Source: an uncultured Gemmatimonadota bacterium (GTDB lineage Bacteria; ARS69). From it: a stretch of 64,000 nucleotides of DNA. A model generated the notes under the pieces. That model made no database searches, was not told the origin of the DNA, and saw only the letters and a program-made list of their open reading frames with translations. The translations under genes were made by a program, and so were the position numbers. Positions 52,417 to 63,946 of this stretch are shown one piece after another (position 1 is the first letter of the stretch; each line of letters starts with the position of its first letter). The stretch spans positions 4,601 to 68,600 of the forward strand of contig CAZNDO010000016.1 of the NCBI GenBank assembly GCA_964571855.1. The letters are read 5' to 3'.

Positions 52417-53734
52417 GCGCCCCGGCGTCCCCGGGACGGCGCGGCCGCGGCGCGCTCCTGTTCGCCTTCCTGGCGATCACCGTGGCCGTGATCAACCTGG
52501 CCGGCTGGTTCGTGGTGGACCGCGTCTCCAGGGCCTTGGAGGCCGAGACCGCCCTTCGGCTCGTGGCGGTCGCGTCCGCGGCGATCGGGGAGGCCACCGA
52601 GGAGCTCCTGCTCCGCCCCGAAGTGGCCGGCGACGCCTTCGTCACGGCCACGCTCCGCGGCGCCGCCGCCCGCAACGACCTGGATGACGTGCTGCTGTAC
52701 GACGCGTCGGGCGCGCTGCTGTTCGACCTGGAAGGCGCGGACCTCGGTCCCGCGAACCCCTACGCCGCGGTGCACGCGCCGTCCTTCGCCGCCGCCGCCG
52801 CGGGCTCGGCCGCGGCGTCGCCGGCTCGCGACGTCTCCGGACTCGCGTTCCGCTCCGCGTACGCGCCCGTGCACGACGCGGACGGCACCGTCGGGGCCGT
52901 GCTCGGCGTGGCCGCGGGCGGCGGGTTCCTCGCCCGGCTGCCCGCGCTGCGGCGCACGCTGTGGCTCGTGTCCGCCGGCTCGGCCGCGCTCGTGGCCGCG
53001 CTGGGCGCCCTGCTCTTCGGGATGGACCGCCGGCTCGCGGCCACGGAACGCGCGCTCGCGCGCTCGGAGACGCTGGGCGCGATGGGGATGATGGCGGCCG
53101 GCGTGGCGCACGAGGTCCGCAACCCGCTCGCGATCATCGCGGGCACGGCGGAGCGGCTGCGCAAGAGGTACGGCGCCGGCGCGGACGATCCCCTGTTCGG
53201 GTTCATTCCCGAGGAGGTGGACCGCCTGAACACCATCCTCGAGGGCTACCTGCGCTTCGCCCGCGACGAGCCGCTGCGCCTCGCGGACGTGGATCTGGCG
53301 CGCGTGGTGGACCGCTCGCTCGAGCTCGTGGCGCAGGAGTGGGCGCCGCGCGGCGTCGCCTTCGAGCGCCGCGGCGCCGCCGGCCCGCTCGCCGTGTCCG
53401 GCGACCCGCAGCGTCTCATGCAGGTCCTGCTGAACGTGCTGATCAACGCGGCCCAGGCCATGCCCGGCGGCGGCGCCGTGGGGGTGGAGTTGGCCCGCGA
53501 GGGCGCCGCCGTCCTCGTGTGCGTGACGGACGCGGGGACCGGCTTCGACCCGCGCGCGCTGGCCGGCGCGTTCCAGCCCTTCTTCACCACGAAGGAGCAC
53601 GGGTCGGGACTGGGACTGGCCATGGCGAAGCGGATCATGGAAGGTCATGGCGGGTCGATCGAGGTGGCGAACCGGCCCGAGGGCGGCGCGCGCGTGACGC
53701 TGCGCCTGCCGGCCCGCGCGCAGGGAGGGGAGTG

Positions 53735-53735
<1 letters not shown>
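52413..53735 (+). CDS. Sensor histidine kinase (two transmembrane helices plus a periplasmic sensor domain).
   Basis: GTGA overlap with the upstream stop. H-box GVAHEVRNPL. N, G1 and G2 boxes (LLNVLINAAQA, TDAGTGF, GSGLGLA). Confidence 0.8.
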
Positions 53736-55129
<1,394 letters not shown>

Positions 55130-55274
55130 CGCGCCGATTCCCGGGGTGGCCCCCGGGAGCCACAGTTGTCCCGCGGGGGACACCAGGCCGCCGGACCCCG
55201 GCGGCCGGCCGGGAGGGAATCGTGGAACTGATGCGTTGCCAACGACTTGGGTGGTGCGCTCCCGCGCCCCGAGC

Positions 55275-55290
55275 CGGCACGCGGCCTGCA
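55275..55290 (+). promoter_or_regulatory. Sigma-54 (-24/-12) promoter, cGGCACgcggccTGCAt, about 40 nt upstream of the repeat-protein gene.
   Basis: GG and GC elements spaced exactly as in TGGCAC-N5-TTGCA. Located directly downstream of an NtrC-type activator gene. Confidence 0.5.
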
Positions 55291-55329
55291 TCCTCCGGGG
55301 GCACCACCCCCGCCGGAAGGAACCGGACC

Positions 55330-56382
55330 ATGGCCCGCATCCCGCACCCCGGCCCCCGGATCACCCTGATCTGCCTCGTGCTCGTGGCGCTCGCCGCAGG
55401 CTTCGCGCCGGCCGCGCACGCGCAGGGCGGCGGCAACCGCGTGGAGGAGGAGCTGCAGCGCACGGACGAGGTCCTCGCGCGTGCGGCCGACCTCGTGCGC
55501 GAGAGCGACTCCGCGCGCGCGCGCGACCTCCTGGAGCAGGCCTTCCGGATCCAGGCGGAGGCGCGCGGCCACTTCGGGAACGGCCGCATGCTGCAGGCCG
55601 GCCGGCTCACGCTGGAAGCGCGCGCGCTCGGCGCCCGCGCGGCCACGCTGGCGCGCGACGACGGCGCGTCGCGCACGCGGGCCGAGCGCGAGCTGGAGCG
55701 CGCGATCCGCGAGATCGGGCACGCGCGCGAACGGCTCGCGACGGGCGCGTCGCGCGAGGCTGACGCTCTGCTGGACCAGGCCGCGGGACTGGCGGAGCGC
55801 GCGCGCGGTGCGTTCGGGGAGCAGCAGTACGAGGCGTCGCTGCGGCTCGCCGTGGCATCGCAGCGGCTCGTGGCGCAGGCGCTCGTGCTGGGCGGTGCGA
55901 ACGCCGGGCGTCGGCTGGACCGGGAGCTGGAGCGGACCGACCTGCTGCTCGAGCGCGTGGGGACGATCGTGCACGAGTCCGGCGACGCGGCGGCCGGCGC
56001 GCTGCTGGAGAGCGCGCACGCCATGCAGCGTCGCGCCCACGAGGCGGCCCGGGACGGGCATCCGCGCGAGGCGATGGTGCGCACGCGCGAGGCCCGCGAC
56101 CTCGCGAACCGCGCCCGCGCGTCGCTCGGCGGGGCGGAGGACCACGCCGCGGTGGAGGCGGCGGTCGCGGCCACGGACGCGGCGCTCGCCCGCGCGGCCG
56201 ATCTGGTGCGCGCCTCCGACAGCCGGGCGGCCGCGACGCTGCTGGAGCGGGCGCAGGACCACCAGTCCCGCGCGCACGCCGCGCTGGACGCGGGCGACCT
56301 CCGGCGGGCCATGGCCCAGACGCGGGTGGCGCGGAACCTCGCGCTGCGCGCGCTGCAGCTGGTGGACCGCGGGGAGTCCTGA
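55330..56382 (+). CDS. Secreted alpha-helical protein with four tandem repeats of about 75 aa.
   Basis: Signal peptide MARIPHPGPRITLICLVLVALAAGFAPAAHA. Repeats of the form ...RA(A)DLVR(E/A)SDS.A...LLE.A...Q.RAH..A..G..R.A.... Confidence 0.55.
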   Translation: MARIPHPGPRITLICLVLVALAAGFAPAAHAQGGGNRVEEELQRTDEVLARAADLVRESDSARARDLLEQAFRIQAEARGHFGNGRMLQAGRLTLEARALGARAATLARDDGASRTRAERELERAIREIGHARERLATGASREADALLDQAAGLAERARGAFGEQQYEASLRLAVASQRLVAQALVLGGANAGRRLDRELERTDLLLERVGTIVHESGDAAAGALLESAHAMQRRAHEAARDGHPREAMVRTREARDLANRARASLGGAEDHAAVEAAVAATDAALARAADLVRASDSRAAATLLERAQDHQSRAHAALDAGDLRRAMAQTRVARNLALRALQLVDRGES

Positions 56383-56711
56383 TGCGCGGCGCGCGGGCGG
56401 CGGCGTTCGCCTTCGTGCTGTCCCTGGCGGCGGCGGCGCGCGGCGCGGGCGCGCCGGCGGATTCCGCGGCGACGGCGCCGGCGACGGCCGCGGATCCGGT
56501 GGAGCGGCACTGCGGCGAGCTCGCGGCGGCGCTGGAGCGCCTGGCCGCGGAGCATCGCGCCGCCGCGGCCGCGGACTCCCTGCTGGTGGTGGAAGCGGAG
56601 GAGATCGCGCGCGTGGCGGACGAGATCCTCGCCGAGGGCGATGCGGTGCTCGCGCGCGACCTCCTGACCGAGGCCCTGGCGCTGCTCGCGCCGGAGCGGG
56701 CCGCCCCGTGA
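56382..56711 (+). CDS. Small secreted hypothetical protein (109 aa).
   Basis: The start overlaps the upstream stop. Signal peptide MRGARAAAFAFVLSLAAAARGAGA. Ala-rich. Confidence 0.4.
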   Translation: MRGARAAAFAFVLSLAAAARGAGAPADSAATAPATAADPVERHCGELAAALERLAAEHRAAAAADSLLVVEAEEIARVADEILAEGDAVLARDLLTEALALLAPERAAP

Positions 56712-58042
56712 GGCGGCGCACGGCGGCCCGCGTGGCCGCGCGTCGCCCCGCGAGGCCCCGCGCGCTCGCGGCGATCGCCGCCGCGTCGGTCATCCCCGCC
56801 GTCGCGCTCGCCGCCCCGCTCGAGGTCGTGCCGCGCGTGGGTGCGGACTTCGAGCACTTCGGCCAGACCTACCGGGTCACCGCGGACGCGGACACGGTCA
56901 CGCTCGTGGACGACTACGGCACCTCCGCGGGCCTTCTCCTGCGCACGCCGGGCATCGGCGCGGACCGGTTCGAGGCCGACGCCGAACTGTACGCGGGCCA
57001 CTCCACGCGCCGGGCGCGTGTGCGTGTGGAAGGGAGGGCGAAGCGCGGGGCGACGGTGTGGGACGTGCGCCAGGAGGCGGTCTACCTGGCGTTCACGGAC
57101 GGCGGCGACTACACCGTCTCCGGCGACCGTTTCGAGGAGCGGCTGACCGCGGCGTGGGAGCGGCGCATGACGGGGCCGTGGTCCGTGCGCCTGGGCGGCC
57201 GCTTCGACGGGACCTGGTACGAGACGCAGGACCCGTACAACCTCACGGCGTGGACGACCGAGCCGCGCGCGGATCTGGCGCTGGACTTCGGCGCGTTCAG
57301 CCGCGCCGGCGCCGGCTACCGCTTCGCGCGCCGGGACGTGCCGGACTCCGCGTCGCTCGGGTTCGACCGGCACACGGGCGTGCTGTCGCTCTCGTGGGCC
57401 CCGGGGGCGGATACCGTGCTGGACATCCTCGGCACGCTGGAGCGGCGGCGCTACGACGAGGGCAGCGCGCGCGAGAGCTCGCGGGAGGGGCGCACGGACC
57501 TGCGGTTCGAGTTCGGCCTGACGGACGCCGTGACGTGCCGCGTGCAGCACGAGAACGAGATCGTGCGCTACGACGAGCCGGACGAGCTGGACTTCGACTC
57601 GGACTGGGGACGCACCGGGCTGCAGCTCACGGTGCACCGCACCGCGGCGCTGGATCTCTCGATCATGCCGCTGCACGCGTTCCTGTCCGGGGCCACGTCG
57701 CCGGAGGAGGAGTACCACGAGCTGGGCGTCGAGCTGGGCGTGGACTGGCGCTTCGGGCGGCGCGGCTGGGTCTCCGTGACGAACGAGATCGGCCGTCGCG
57801 ACTACCGAGTGGACGCCCCGGCGGAGGAGCCGGACCTCGCCGCGGACGTCCTCCCGGACGACGCGAGCGCCACCGCCTCGTCCGACTACACCTACGACCG
57901 CCTCACGCTCCTCCTCGGCGCCGAGCCGTGGCCGGGCGTGGCCGCGAACCTGTTCGTGCACTGGCAGCCGGAGGATCACGCGGTGAGCCGGCACGACAAC
58001 GAGACGCGCATCGTCTCGGGGGGGCTCACGTACTCGTTCTGA
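56708..58042 (+). CDS. Outer-membrane beta-barrel protein, hypothetical.
   Basis: GTGA overlap. Signal peptide ..ALAAIAAASVIPAVALAAP. Amphipathic strands. Ends ..GGLTYSF. Confidence 0.6.
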   Translation: MRRRTAARVAARRPARPRALAAIAAASVIPAVALAAPLEVVPRVGADFEHFGQTYRVTADADTVTLVDDYGTSAGLLLRTPGIGADRFEADAELYAGHSTRRARVRVEGRAKRGATVWDVRQEAVYLAFTDGGDYTVSGDRFEERLTAAWERRMTGPWSVRLGGRFDGTWYETQDPYNLTAWTTEPRADLALDFGAFSRAGAGYRFARRDVPDSASLGFDRHTGVLSLSWAPGADTVLDILGTLERRRYDEGSARESSREGRTDLRFEFGLTDAVTCRVQHENEIVRYDEPDELDFDSDWGRTGLQLTVHRTAALDLSIMPLHAFLSGATSPEEEYHELGVELGVDWRFGRRGWVSVTNEIGRRDYRVDAPAEEPDLAADVLPDDASATASSDYTYDRLTLLLGAEPWPGVAANLFVHWQPEDHAVSRHDNETRIVSGGLTYSF

Positions 58043-58112
58043 GCGGCCCGGGGGAAACGAGGAGGGCGGAGCCTCGCGGCCCCGCCCTCCCGTGCGAATC
58101 GTTCGCCGCGTC

Positions 58113-58721
58113 CTAGAGGAAGCGGAACGAACCCATGATCGAGATGACGCTGTTCGTCACCTCCGTGTCCGAGCCCTCCACGTCGGCCGTGTTCGTCAGG
58201 CCGCGCGTGTAGCGCACGTCGATGCCCAGGTTCTGGAAGTCCACGCCCGCGCCGACCACGACGCCCACGTCCACCGGCTTCGTGTAGTCCTTCGTGTCAA
58301 CCTCGCCCGCGCCGGCCACGTCCGCCTTGGACGAGGCGTTGAACGCGAGGGACGGCCCCACGAAGATCGAGGGGTGCGCGGGGGACTGGTTCATGAACCC
58401 GAGCTTCGCAAGCACGGGGACCTCGATGTAGTTCAGCTTGTACGAGCTCGTGCCCGTGTCGTCGCTCTGCTCCGCGCCCTTCATCATGAAGAGGGCCTCG
58501 GGCTGGATCTGGAGGTTCGGCAGCACGGGGAACCCGACGTAACCGCCCAGCGCCAGGCCCGTGCGGGCGTCCAGCGACGGATCGGAGTCCGGATCCGTGG
58601 ACTGGTTCGCGATGTTCACGCCGCCCTTGATGCCGGCCTCGACGGGGCCCATGGCCGTGGCCAGGCCGAAGGTCCCCAGGACGAGAACCGCCGCCAGGGC
58701 CACGCTGATTTCGCGCTTCAT
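58113..58721 (-). CDS. Small outer-membrane beta-barrel protein (OmpW/OmpA-barrel-like).
   Basis: AAGGAGAGG RBS. Signal peptide MKREISVALAAVLVLGTFGLATA. Ends ..IMGSFRFL. Confidence 0.65.
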   Translation of the reverse strand: MKREISVALAAVLVLGTFGLATAMGPVEAGIKGGVNIANQSTDPDSDPSLDARTGLALGGYVGFPVLPNLQIQPEALFMMKGAEQSDDTGTSSYKLNYIEVPVLAKLGFMNQSPAHPSIFVGPSLAFNASSKADVAGAGEVDTKDYTKPVDVGVVVGAGVDFQNLGIDVRYTRGLTNTADVEGSDTEVTNSVISIMGSFRFL

Positions 58722-58811
58722 TCGCCTCTCCTTGCCAGGATTGGAACTGCGCGCCCGGTGGCGGCAGCCGCGCATGGAAACGGCAAGTTCACGCCTCCCC
58801 TTTAGCCCCCT

Positions 58812-58968
58812 TGTGGTTCGCAGATTGTGGACGGCGGGCCGGGCGCCATCGGGGTGCCGGCCAAGGCATTGCAGGGCAACGCCTTATGCCCGGATGGGGC
58901 GGAGCCGGCAGGGGCCGAATGCACCGGGCGGGGGTGGAAATCCGGGGGCGCCACAATCTGCGAACCAC
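58812..58968. promoter_or_regulatory. Pair of 19-bp inverted copies, TGTGGTTCGCAGATTGTGG and CCACAATCTGCGAACCACC, in the divergent intergenic region.
   Basis: 18/19 complementarity with a spacing of about 120 nt. The right copy ends 1-2 nt before the histidine kinase start codon. Confidence 0.35.
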
Positions 58969-58969
58969 C

Positions 58970-60079
58970 ATGGTAGATTGCGGGGTGATGCGACGGCGTC
59001 CGCGGTACGGGTTCGTGTACGGGCTGCTGGTGGCCCTGATCGTGGCGCAGGGCACCTGGTGGGTCATCTACCAGACCCGCGAGGGGCGCCGGCACGAGGA
59101 GGCCGAGAACCGGCGGTTGGACCTCGAACGGGCGCTCGTGGAGGCCCGGCTCGCGCCGCCGGCGGCCGGGGACCCCGACCGGCTTCGCGCGGAGCACCCC
59201 GACATCGCGATCGTTCCCGGCCCGGACGGGCCGCGCGCCGTCGTGTCGCCCGCGGTCCGGGAGGCGCTGCGGAACGACTCCGCGCGCCGGCAGCGGATGT
59301 TCCTGTTCGAGGGCTCCTTCTTCCTGGGGCTGCTGGCGGCGGGCACGCTCGTGCTCGTGTTCGCGCAGCGCGCGGAGGATCGCTTCCGGCGATCCCGCGA
59401 GGTGTTCCTCGCCGGCATCACGCACGAGTTCCGGACGCCGCTGGCCAGCCTCCGGCTGTGGGCGGAGACGCTGCAGCGGGACGACCTGGACGACGAGGCC
59501 CGCGGGCGCATCCGCGCGCGGCTGCTCGAGGACGCGGTGCGCATGGAGTCGCTCGTGGCGCAGGTGCTGGCGGCCGGGCGCGGCGGGGAGCTGGACCCGC
59601 GCCTGTTCGAGCCCCTCGACGCGGGCCGCGAGGCGAAGGACGTCCTCCGGGAGATGGAGGGCTACCTGCGCTCCCGGCAGGCGACCGTGACCGCCACGCT
59701 GCCCGAGGGGCTGGAGTTCCTCGGGCAGCGCGAGGCGTTCGCGACGGCGCTGCGGAATCTCGTGCAGAATGCCGCGAAGTACGCGCCGGCCCCGTCCACC
59801 ACGGACGTCCGCTTGACGCGGGACGGGAAGTGGCTTCGACTCGCGGTGACGGACCGCGGGCCGGGCATCGCGGCGAAGGACCGCGAGCGGATCTTCGAGG
59901 CGTTCACGCGCCTGGACGACAACGAGCCCGATCCCGGGACCAGCACGCACGGCGCGGGGTTGGGTCTCTTCCTGGTGAAACGGAACGTCGAGGCGATGCG
60001 CGGGCGCGTGGAACTGGACTCCGAGCCGGGACGCGGGGCCACGTTCACGCTGGTGCTGCCGGCGCGGGGGGACGCGTGA
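58970..60079 (+). CDS. Sensor histidine kinase.
   Basis: Transmembrane helices. H-box ITHEFRTPL. N and G boxes (NLVQNAAKYA, DRGPGI, GAGLGLFLV). An alternative start lies at 58988. Confidence 0.8.
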   Translation: MVDCGVMRRRPRYGFVYGLLVALIVAQGTWWVIYQTREGRRHEEAENRRLDLERALVEARLAPPAAGDPDRLRAEHPDIAIVPGPDGPRAVVSPAVREALRNDSARRQRMFLFEGSFFLGLLAAGTLVLVFAQRAEDRFRRSREVFLAGITHEFRTPLASLRLWAETLQRDDLDDEARGRIRARLLEDAVRMESLVAQVLAAGRGGELDPRLFEPLDAGREAKDVLREMEGYLRSRQATVTATLPEGLEFLGQREAFATALRNLVQNAAKYAPAPSTTDVRLTRDGKWLRLAVTDRGPGIAAKDRERIFEAFTRLDDNEPDPGTSTHGAGLGLFLVKRNVEAMRGRVELDSEPGRGATFTLVLPARGDA

Positions 60080-60107
60080 AGGCGCGCGGGCCGGTGCGGA
60101 GGGACGC

Positions 60108-60845
60108 TTGAAGAAGCGGATCCTGGTGGTCGAGGACGACGTGCCGCTGGCGGAGGGGCTCCGGATGAACCTGGAGCTCGACGGCTACGAGGCCATCGTG
60201 TGCCGCTCCGCCGAGCACGCGGAGACGGTCTGGCGCGGCGGCGGCGTGGAGTTCGTGCTGCTGGATGTCGGGCTGCCGGGCGAGGACGGCTTCGCGTTCT
60301 GCCGCCGCATCCGCGCGGCGGGCGATCGCGTGCCCATCCTGTTCCTCACCGCGCGCGACTCCGACGACGACCGCATCCGCGGCCTCGAGGAGGGCGGGGA
60401 CGACTACCTGACGAAGCCGTTCCACCTCGGCGAGCTGCTCGCGCGCATCAAGGGCATCTTCCGGCGGGAGGAGTGGGCGCGCACGCAGGCCGTGGCGACC
60501 GCGATCCAGGTGGGGCCGAACCTCGTGGACCTGGCCGCGCGCACGGTGACCGGGCCGGGCGGCACGCACGAGCTGCGCGAGAAGGAGGCGCTCATCCTGC
60601 GCGTGCTCGCTGAGCGCGCCGGCGAGGCGGTGGATCGCCACACCATCCTGGATCGCGTGTGGGGCTACGACGCGTTCCCCACCACCCGCACCGTGGACAA
60701 CTTCTTCGTGCGGCTGCGCCGCATCCTGGAGGAGGACCCGGCGGCGCCGCGCCACCTGCTCACGGTGCGTGGCGTGGGGTACCGGCTGGTCCCCGGCGCG
60801 GGGGAGCCCCCCTCGCCGGACGACGCGCCGCCGCACGAGGAGTGA
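60108..60845 (+). CDS. OmpR/PhoB-family response regulator.
   Basis: GGAGGG RBS with a TTG start. Receiver ILVVEDD..LLDVGLPGEDG..K. Winged-helix ..TVDNFFVRLRRIL..VRGVGYRL. Confidence 0.85.
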   Translation: MKKRILVVEDDVPLAEGLRMNLELDGYEAIVCRSAEHAETVWRGGGVEFVLLDVGLPGEDGFAFCRRIRAAGDRVPILFLTARDSDDDRIRGLEEGGDDYLTKPFHLGELLARIKGIFRREEWARTQAVATAIQVGPNLVDLAARTVTGPGGTHELREKEALILRVLAERAGEAVDRHTILDRVWGYDAFPTTRTVDNFFVRLRRILEEDPAAPRHLLTVRGVGYRLVPGAGEPPSPDDAPPHEE

Positions 60846-60931
60846 CGTCCCGCGGCACCGGCTCGGCACTTGACGACGCCGCCCGCCCCGCGTTTCCCTC
60901 ACGGCCCGTCGCATCCATCCGGAGGTTCCCG

Positions 60932-61756
60932 ATGCGCCTGCCCGTGCGCCGCCTCGCGCTGACCCTGCTCCCCGCGTTCGCCCTCTCCGACTGCGCCACC
61001 GTCGGCCAGCTGAACATCGTGTCCGAGCAGCAGGAGCTGCAGATGGGCGCGCAGTTCGCCGACCAGCTCCAGACGGAGCTGACGTTCATCGACGACCCGG
61101 AGGTCGTGGGGTACATCGACTCCCTCGGCCAGTCCATCGCCCGCGTGTCGCAGCGCAGCGACATCCCGTACACGTTCCGCGTCGTCAACACGGACGAGGT
61201 GAACGCCTTCGCCGTGCCCGGCGGGTACCTGTACGTGAACCGCGGCCTCATCGAGGCCGCGGACACGGAGAGCGAGCTGGCCGGAGTGCTCGGCCACGAG
61301 ATCGGGCACGTGGTGGGCCGGCACAGCGCGCGCCAGATGACGCAGCAGTACGGGCTCTCCGCCATCGCCGCCCTGATCCTCGGGGACAACCCGTCCATGC
61401 TCACGCAGGTCGCCGCGCAGATCGCCGCCACCGGCGCGATCACGTCGTACAGCCGCGGCATGGAGAGCGAGGCGGACACGTACGGCGTGCAGGAGCTGTA
61501 CGACGCGGGGATCGACCCGTCCGGTCTGGCCACCTTCTTCGACAAGCTCGTGGAGATGCGCGGCGGCGCCGGCGGCTCGAAGCTGGAGCAGTTCTTCTCC
61601 ACGCACCCGGACCCGGGCGCCCGCGCGGGCGCGGTGCGCGCGCAGATCGCGGCGCTGCCGGCCAAGCCCGGCCTGCGCAAGGACTCGACCAAGTTCCAGG
61701 CGATCAAGGCGAAGGTGAAGAAGATGCCGCCGGCGCCGGCGGCGAGCGGGGACTGA
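60932..61756 (+). CDS. M48 family zinc metallopeptidase lipoprotein (BepA-like, without TPR).
   Basis: GGAGG RBS. Lipobox AFALSDC. Zinc motif HEIGHVVGRH. Downstream E in ESEADTYG. Confidence 0.8.
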   Translation: MRLPVRRLALTLLPAFALSDCATVGQLNIVSEQQELQMGAQFADQLQTELTFIDDPEVVGYIDSLGQSIARVSQRSDIPYTFRVVNTDEVNAFAVPGGYLYVNRGLIEAADTESELAGVLGHEIGHVVGRHSARQMTQQYGLSAIAALILGDNPSMLTQVAAQIAATGAITSYSRGMESEADTYGVQELYDAGIDPSGLATFFDKLVEMRGGAGGSKLEQFFSTHPDPGARAGAVRAQIAALPAKPGLRKDSTKFQAIKAKVKKMPPAPAASGD

Positions 61757-61862
61757 GCGCGCCGCGCATGCGAAGGGCCCTCCGCCGTCCGGCGAAGGGC
61801 CCCGACCGCCGTCGCCCGGGGGTGAGGGGGCGATCGGCAGGTTCCGCAGGCGCGGATCGCGC

Positions 61863-62852
61863 CTACTTCGACTCCAGCTTCTCCACCTTCTGCTGCAGCT
61901 TCTTCACCTGCTCCCGCAGCTCGTCGATCGCGCGCTGCGCGCCCTCGTCCGCCTGCATGCGGAACGCGTGCACGCGACGGCGCATGTCGTCCCGGTCCTC
62001 CGGCGTCCACTGCAGGTCGAAGTCCGGCATGCCGCGGCCCTCGCCGCCGAACCACGCAAGGCCCTCGCGCACCTCCAGCTCCACCTTGCCGGAGCGCGTC
62101 TTGCGGTCCCGCAGCCACGTGACCTCCACCTGGGTCGGCTCGTCGTGCGCGCCCACCGCGCGGCGCAGGTCCGCCGGATCCGCGATCGCCTCGTCGTCCA
62201 CCTTCACGATCACGTCGCCGGCCTGCAGTCCGAGCTTCTTGGCCGGGCTGTCGTCCACGACCTCGGCCACGAGCGCGCCGCCGTCCTTCGCGCCGAAGTA
62301 CGCGCCCAGCTCGCCGGTCAGCGGCTGCGTGGACACGCCGAGCCAGCCGCGCTCCCGGCCCAGCCGCATCTCTTGGACGTGCTCGCGCAGGCGGTCGCGG
62401 CGCGGGCGATCGGAAGAGTCGTCATCCGCCGCGCCGATGCGCTCGCGCATCATCGGCCCGCGGCCCGGGCGCTGCGGCGCCGCGGCCAGGGCCACGTCGG
62501 CGGTGCGCGACTTCCCGTCGCGCAGGTAGGTCACCTTCACCGTGTCGCCCGCCTTCGCGCCGCGCACCGCGTCGCGCAGGTCGGACGGCGTCCCCACGGA
62601 CGCGTCGCCGAACTTCGTGATGATGTCGCCGTTCGAGAGTCCGGCCTTCGCGGCGGGGCTGTCGTCCTCCACCTGCGAGAGCAGGACGCCCGTGTCCGGC
62701 GCCAGATCCAGCGCCTCCGCCAGCCCGCCCTCGATCCGCTGCATCCGCACGCCCAGGTATCCCGCCTCCGCCTCGTCCCCCGGCGCCGCGGGCGCCGTCA
62801 TGGGCGCCGCCGCGAGCAGGGTGGCCGCGGCGTACATCGCAAGCTTCGTCAT
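61863..62852 (-). CDS. Periplasmic protein with two PDZ domains and a C-terminal coiled coil.
   Basis: Signal peptide MTKLAMYAAATLLAAAPMTAPAAPG. Two GLxxGDxI PDZ cores (GLSNGDIITKF, GLQAGDVIVKV). C-terminal ELREQVKKLQQKVEKLESK. Confidence 0.7.
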   Translation of the reverse strand: MTKLAMYAAATLLAAAPMTAPAAPGDEAEAGYLGVRMQRIEGGLAEALDLAPDTGVLLSQVEDDSPAAKAGLSNGDIITKFGDASVGTPSDLRDAVRGAKAGDTVKVTYLRDGKSRTADVALAAAPQRPGRGPMMRERIGAADDDSSDRPRRDRLREHVQEMRLGRERGWLGVSTQPLTGELGAYFGAKDGGALVAEVVDDSPAKKLGLQAGDVIVKVDDEAIADPADLRRAVGAHDEPTQVEVTWLRDRKTRSGKVELEVREGLAWFGGEGRGMPDFDLQWTPEDRDDMRRRVHAFRMQADEGAQRAIDELREQVKKLQQKVEKLESK

Positions 62853-62947
62853 GGTCCGTCCTTTCGAACCCGGTTCGATCCTTCGGCCTGCCGGCCCGCC
62901 CAGGAAACCCGCTGCCTGCCCGAAAGTTCGAGGATTAGAATCCGCGG

Positions 62948-63946
62948 ATGCTCGGCTGCGCCCCGCCCCCGCCGGAACCGCCCTCGCCGCCGCTCGCCCT
63001 GGCGACGTGGGAGCGCGTTCCCCTCGGCGGGGGCACGCCCGCCGCACCGGCCCTCGTGGCCGCGGCGGATGGCGCATTCCTTCTGGCGTGGGAGAGCCGC
63101 GACGACGCCGGCTGCGAGCTCCGCATCGCGCGGCGCGCCGCGGACGGCCGCTGGAGCGAACCGGCGCGCCTGGACGACGACCCCGCGTCCTCGCCGCTGG
63201 AGCCGCAGCTCGCCGCCGGCCCTGCCGGGCGCGTGGTCGCCGCATGGCAATCCGGCGACGACGGCGTCCGCATCCGCATCTCCCCGGACGGCGGGGCCAC
63301 GTGGCGGCCGTCCGTGGCCGCGGCCGACGGCGGGCCGGCCTCGCTGCCGGCGGTGGCAGTGGACTCCCGCGGGCGGGCCGTCGTGGCCTGGGAGGATCGC
63401 CGCGACGGTGACCGGGACGTGCGCGTCCGCATCGTCGGGGACGACCACGGGGCTCCCGGCGCCGGCGCGTCCCTTCGCGCGGACTCGGACCGCGCCGGCG
63501 CCGCCAGCTCCTTCCACCCGCGCCTCGCCGTGCCGGCCCCGGACGTGCTCCTCGTGCTGTGGTGGGACGACCGCTCCGGCCTCTCGGACCTGTTCGTGCG
63601 CCGCTCCACCGACGGCGGCGCGGCGTGGGACGGTCCGGAGCTTCGACTGGACCCGGGCCCGCCGGGCGCGTCGGCCAGCCACGCCGCCCGCTTCGTGGAG
63701 GCGGGGCCGAACGCGGTGGAGGTGGCCTGGGAGGAGATCGACCGGGCGGAGGACGCCCGCGTGTACCGTCGCCGCAGCGCGGACCACGGCGCCACGTGGG
63801 AAGCGGCGCAGGAGTCCGCCGCCGGCCTCCCCGATCCCGCGGAGGTCCGCGCGGTGTCGGCGGCCGGGGACACGCTGCTCGTGCGGGTGCGCCCCGGCCC
63901 GGACGGGCCGGAGCTTGCCGCGCTGCTTCGCCGCCAAGTCCGCTAG
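62948..63946 (+). CDS. BNR/Asp-box repeat lipoprotein (sialidase-like beta-propeller).
   Basis: N-terminal MLGC. Asp-box repeats SPDGGATW, STDGGAAW, and SADHGATW, evenly spaced. Confidence 0.65.
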   Translation: MLGCAPPPPEPPSPPLALATWERVPLGGGTPAAPALVAAADGAFLLAWESRDDAGCELRIARRAADGRWSEPARLDDDPASSPLEPQLAAGPAGRVVAAWQSGDDGVRIRISPDGGATWRPSVAAADGGPASLPAVAVDSRGRAVVAWEDRRDGDRDVRVRIVGDDHGAPGAGASLRADSDRAGAASSFHPRLAVPAPDVLLVLWWDDRSGLSDLFVRRSTDGGAAWDGPELRLDPGPPGASASHAARFVEAGPNAVEVAWEEIDRAEDARVYRRRSADHGATWEAAQESAAGLPDPAEVRAVSAAGDTLLVRVRPGPDGPELAALLRRQVR

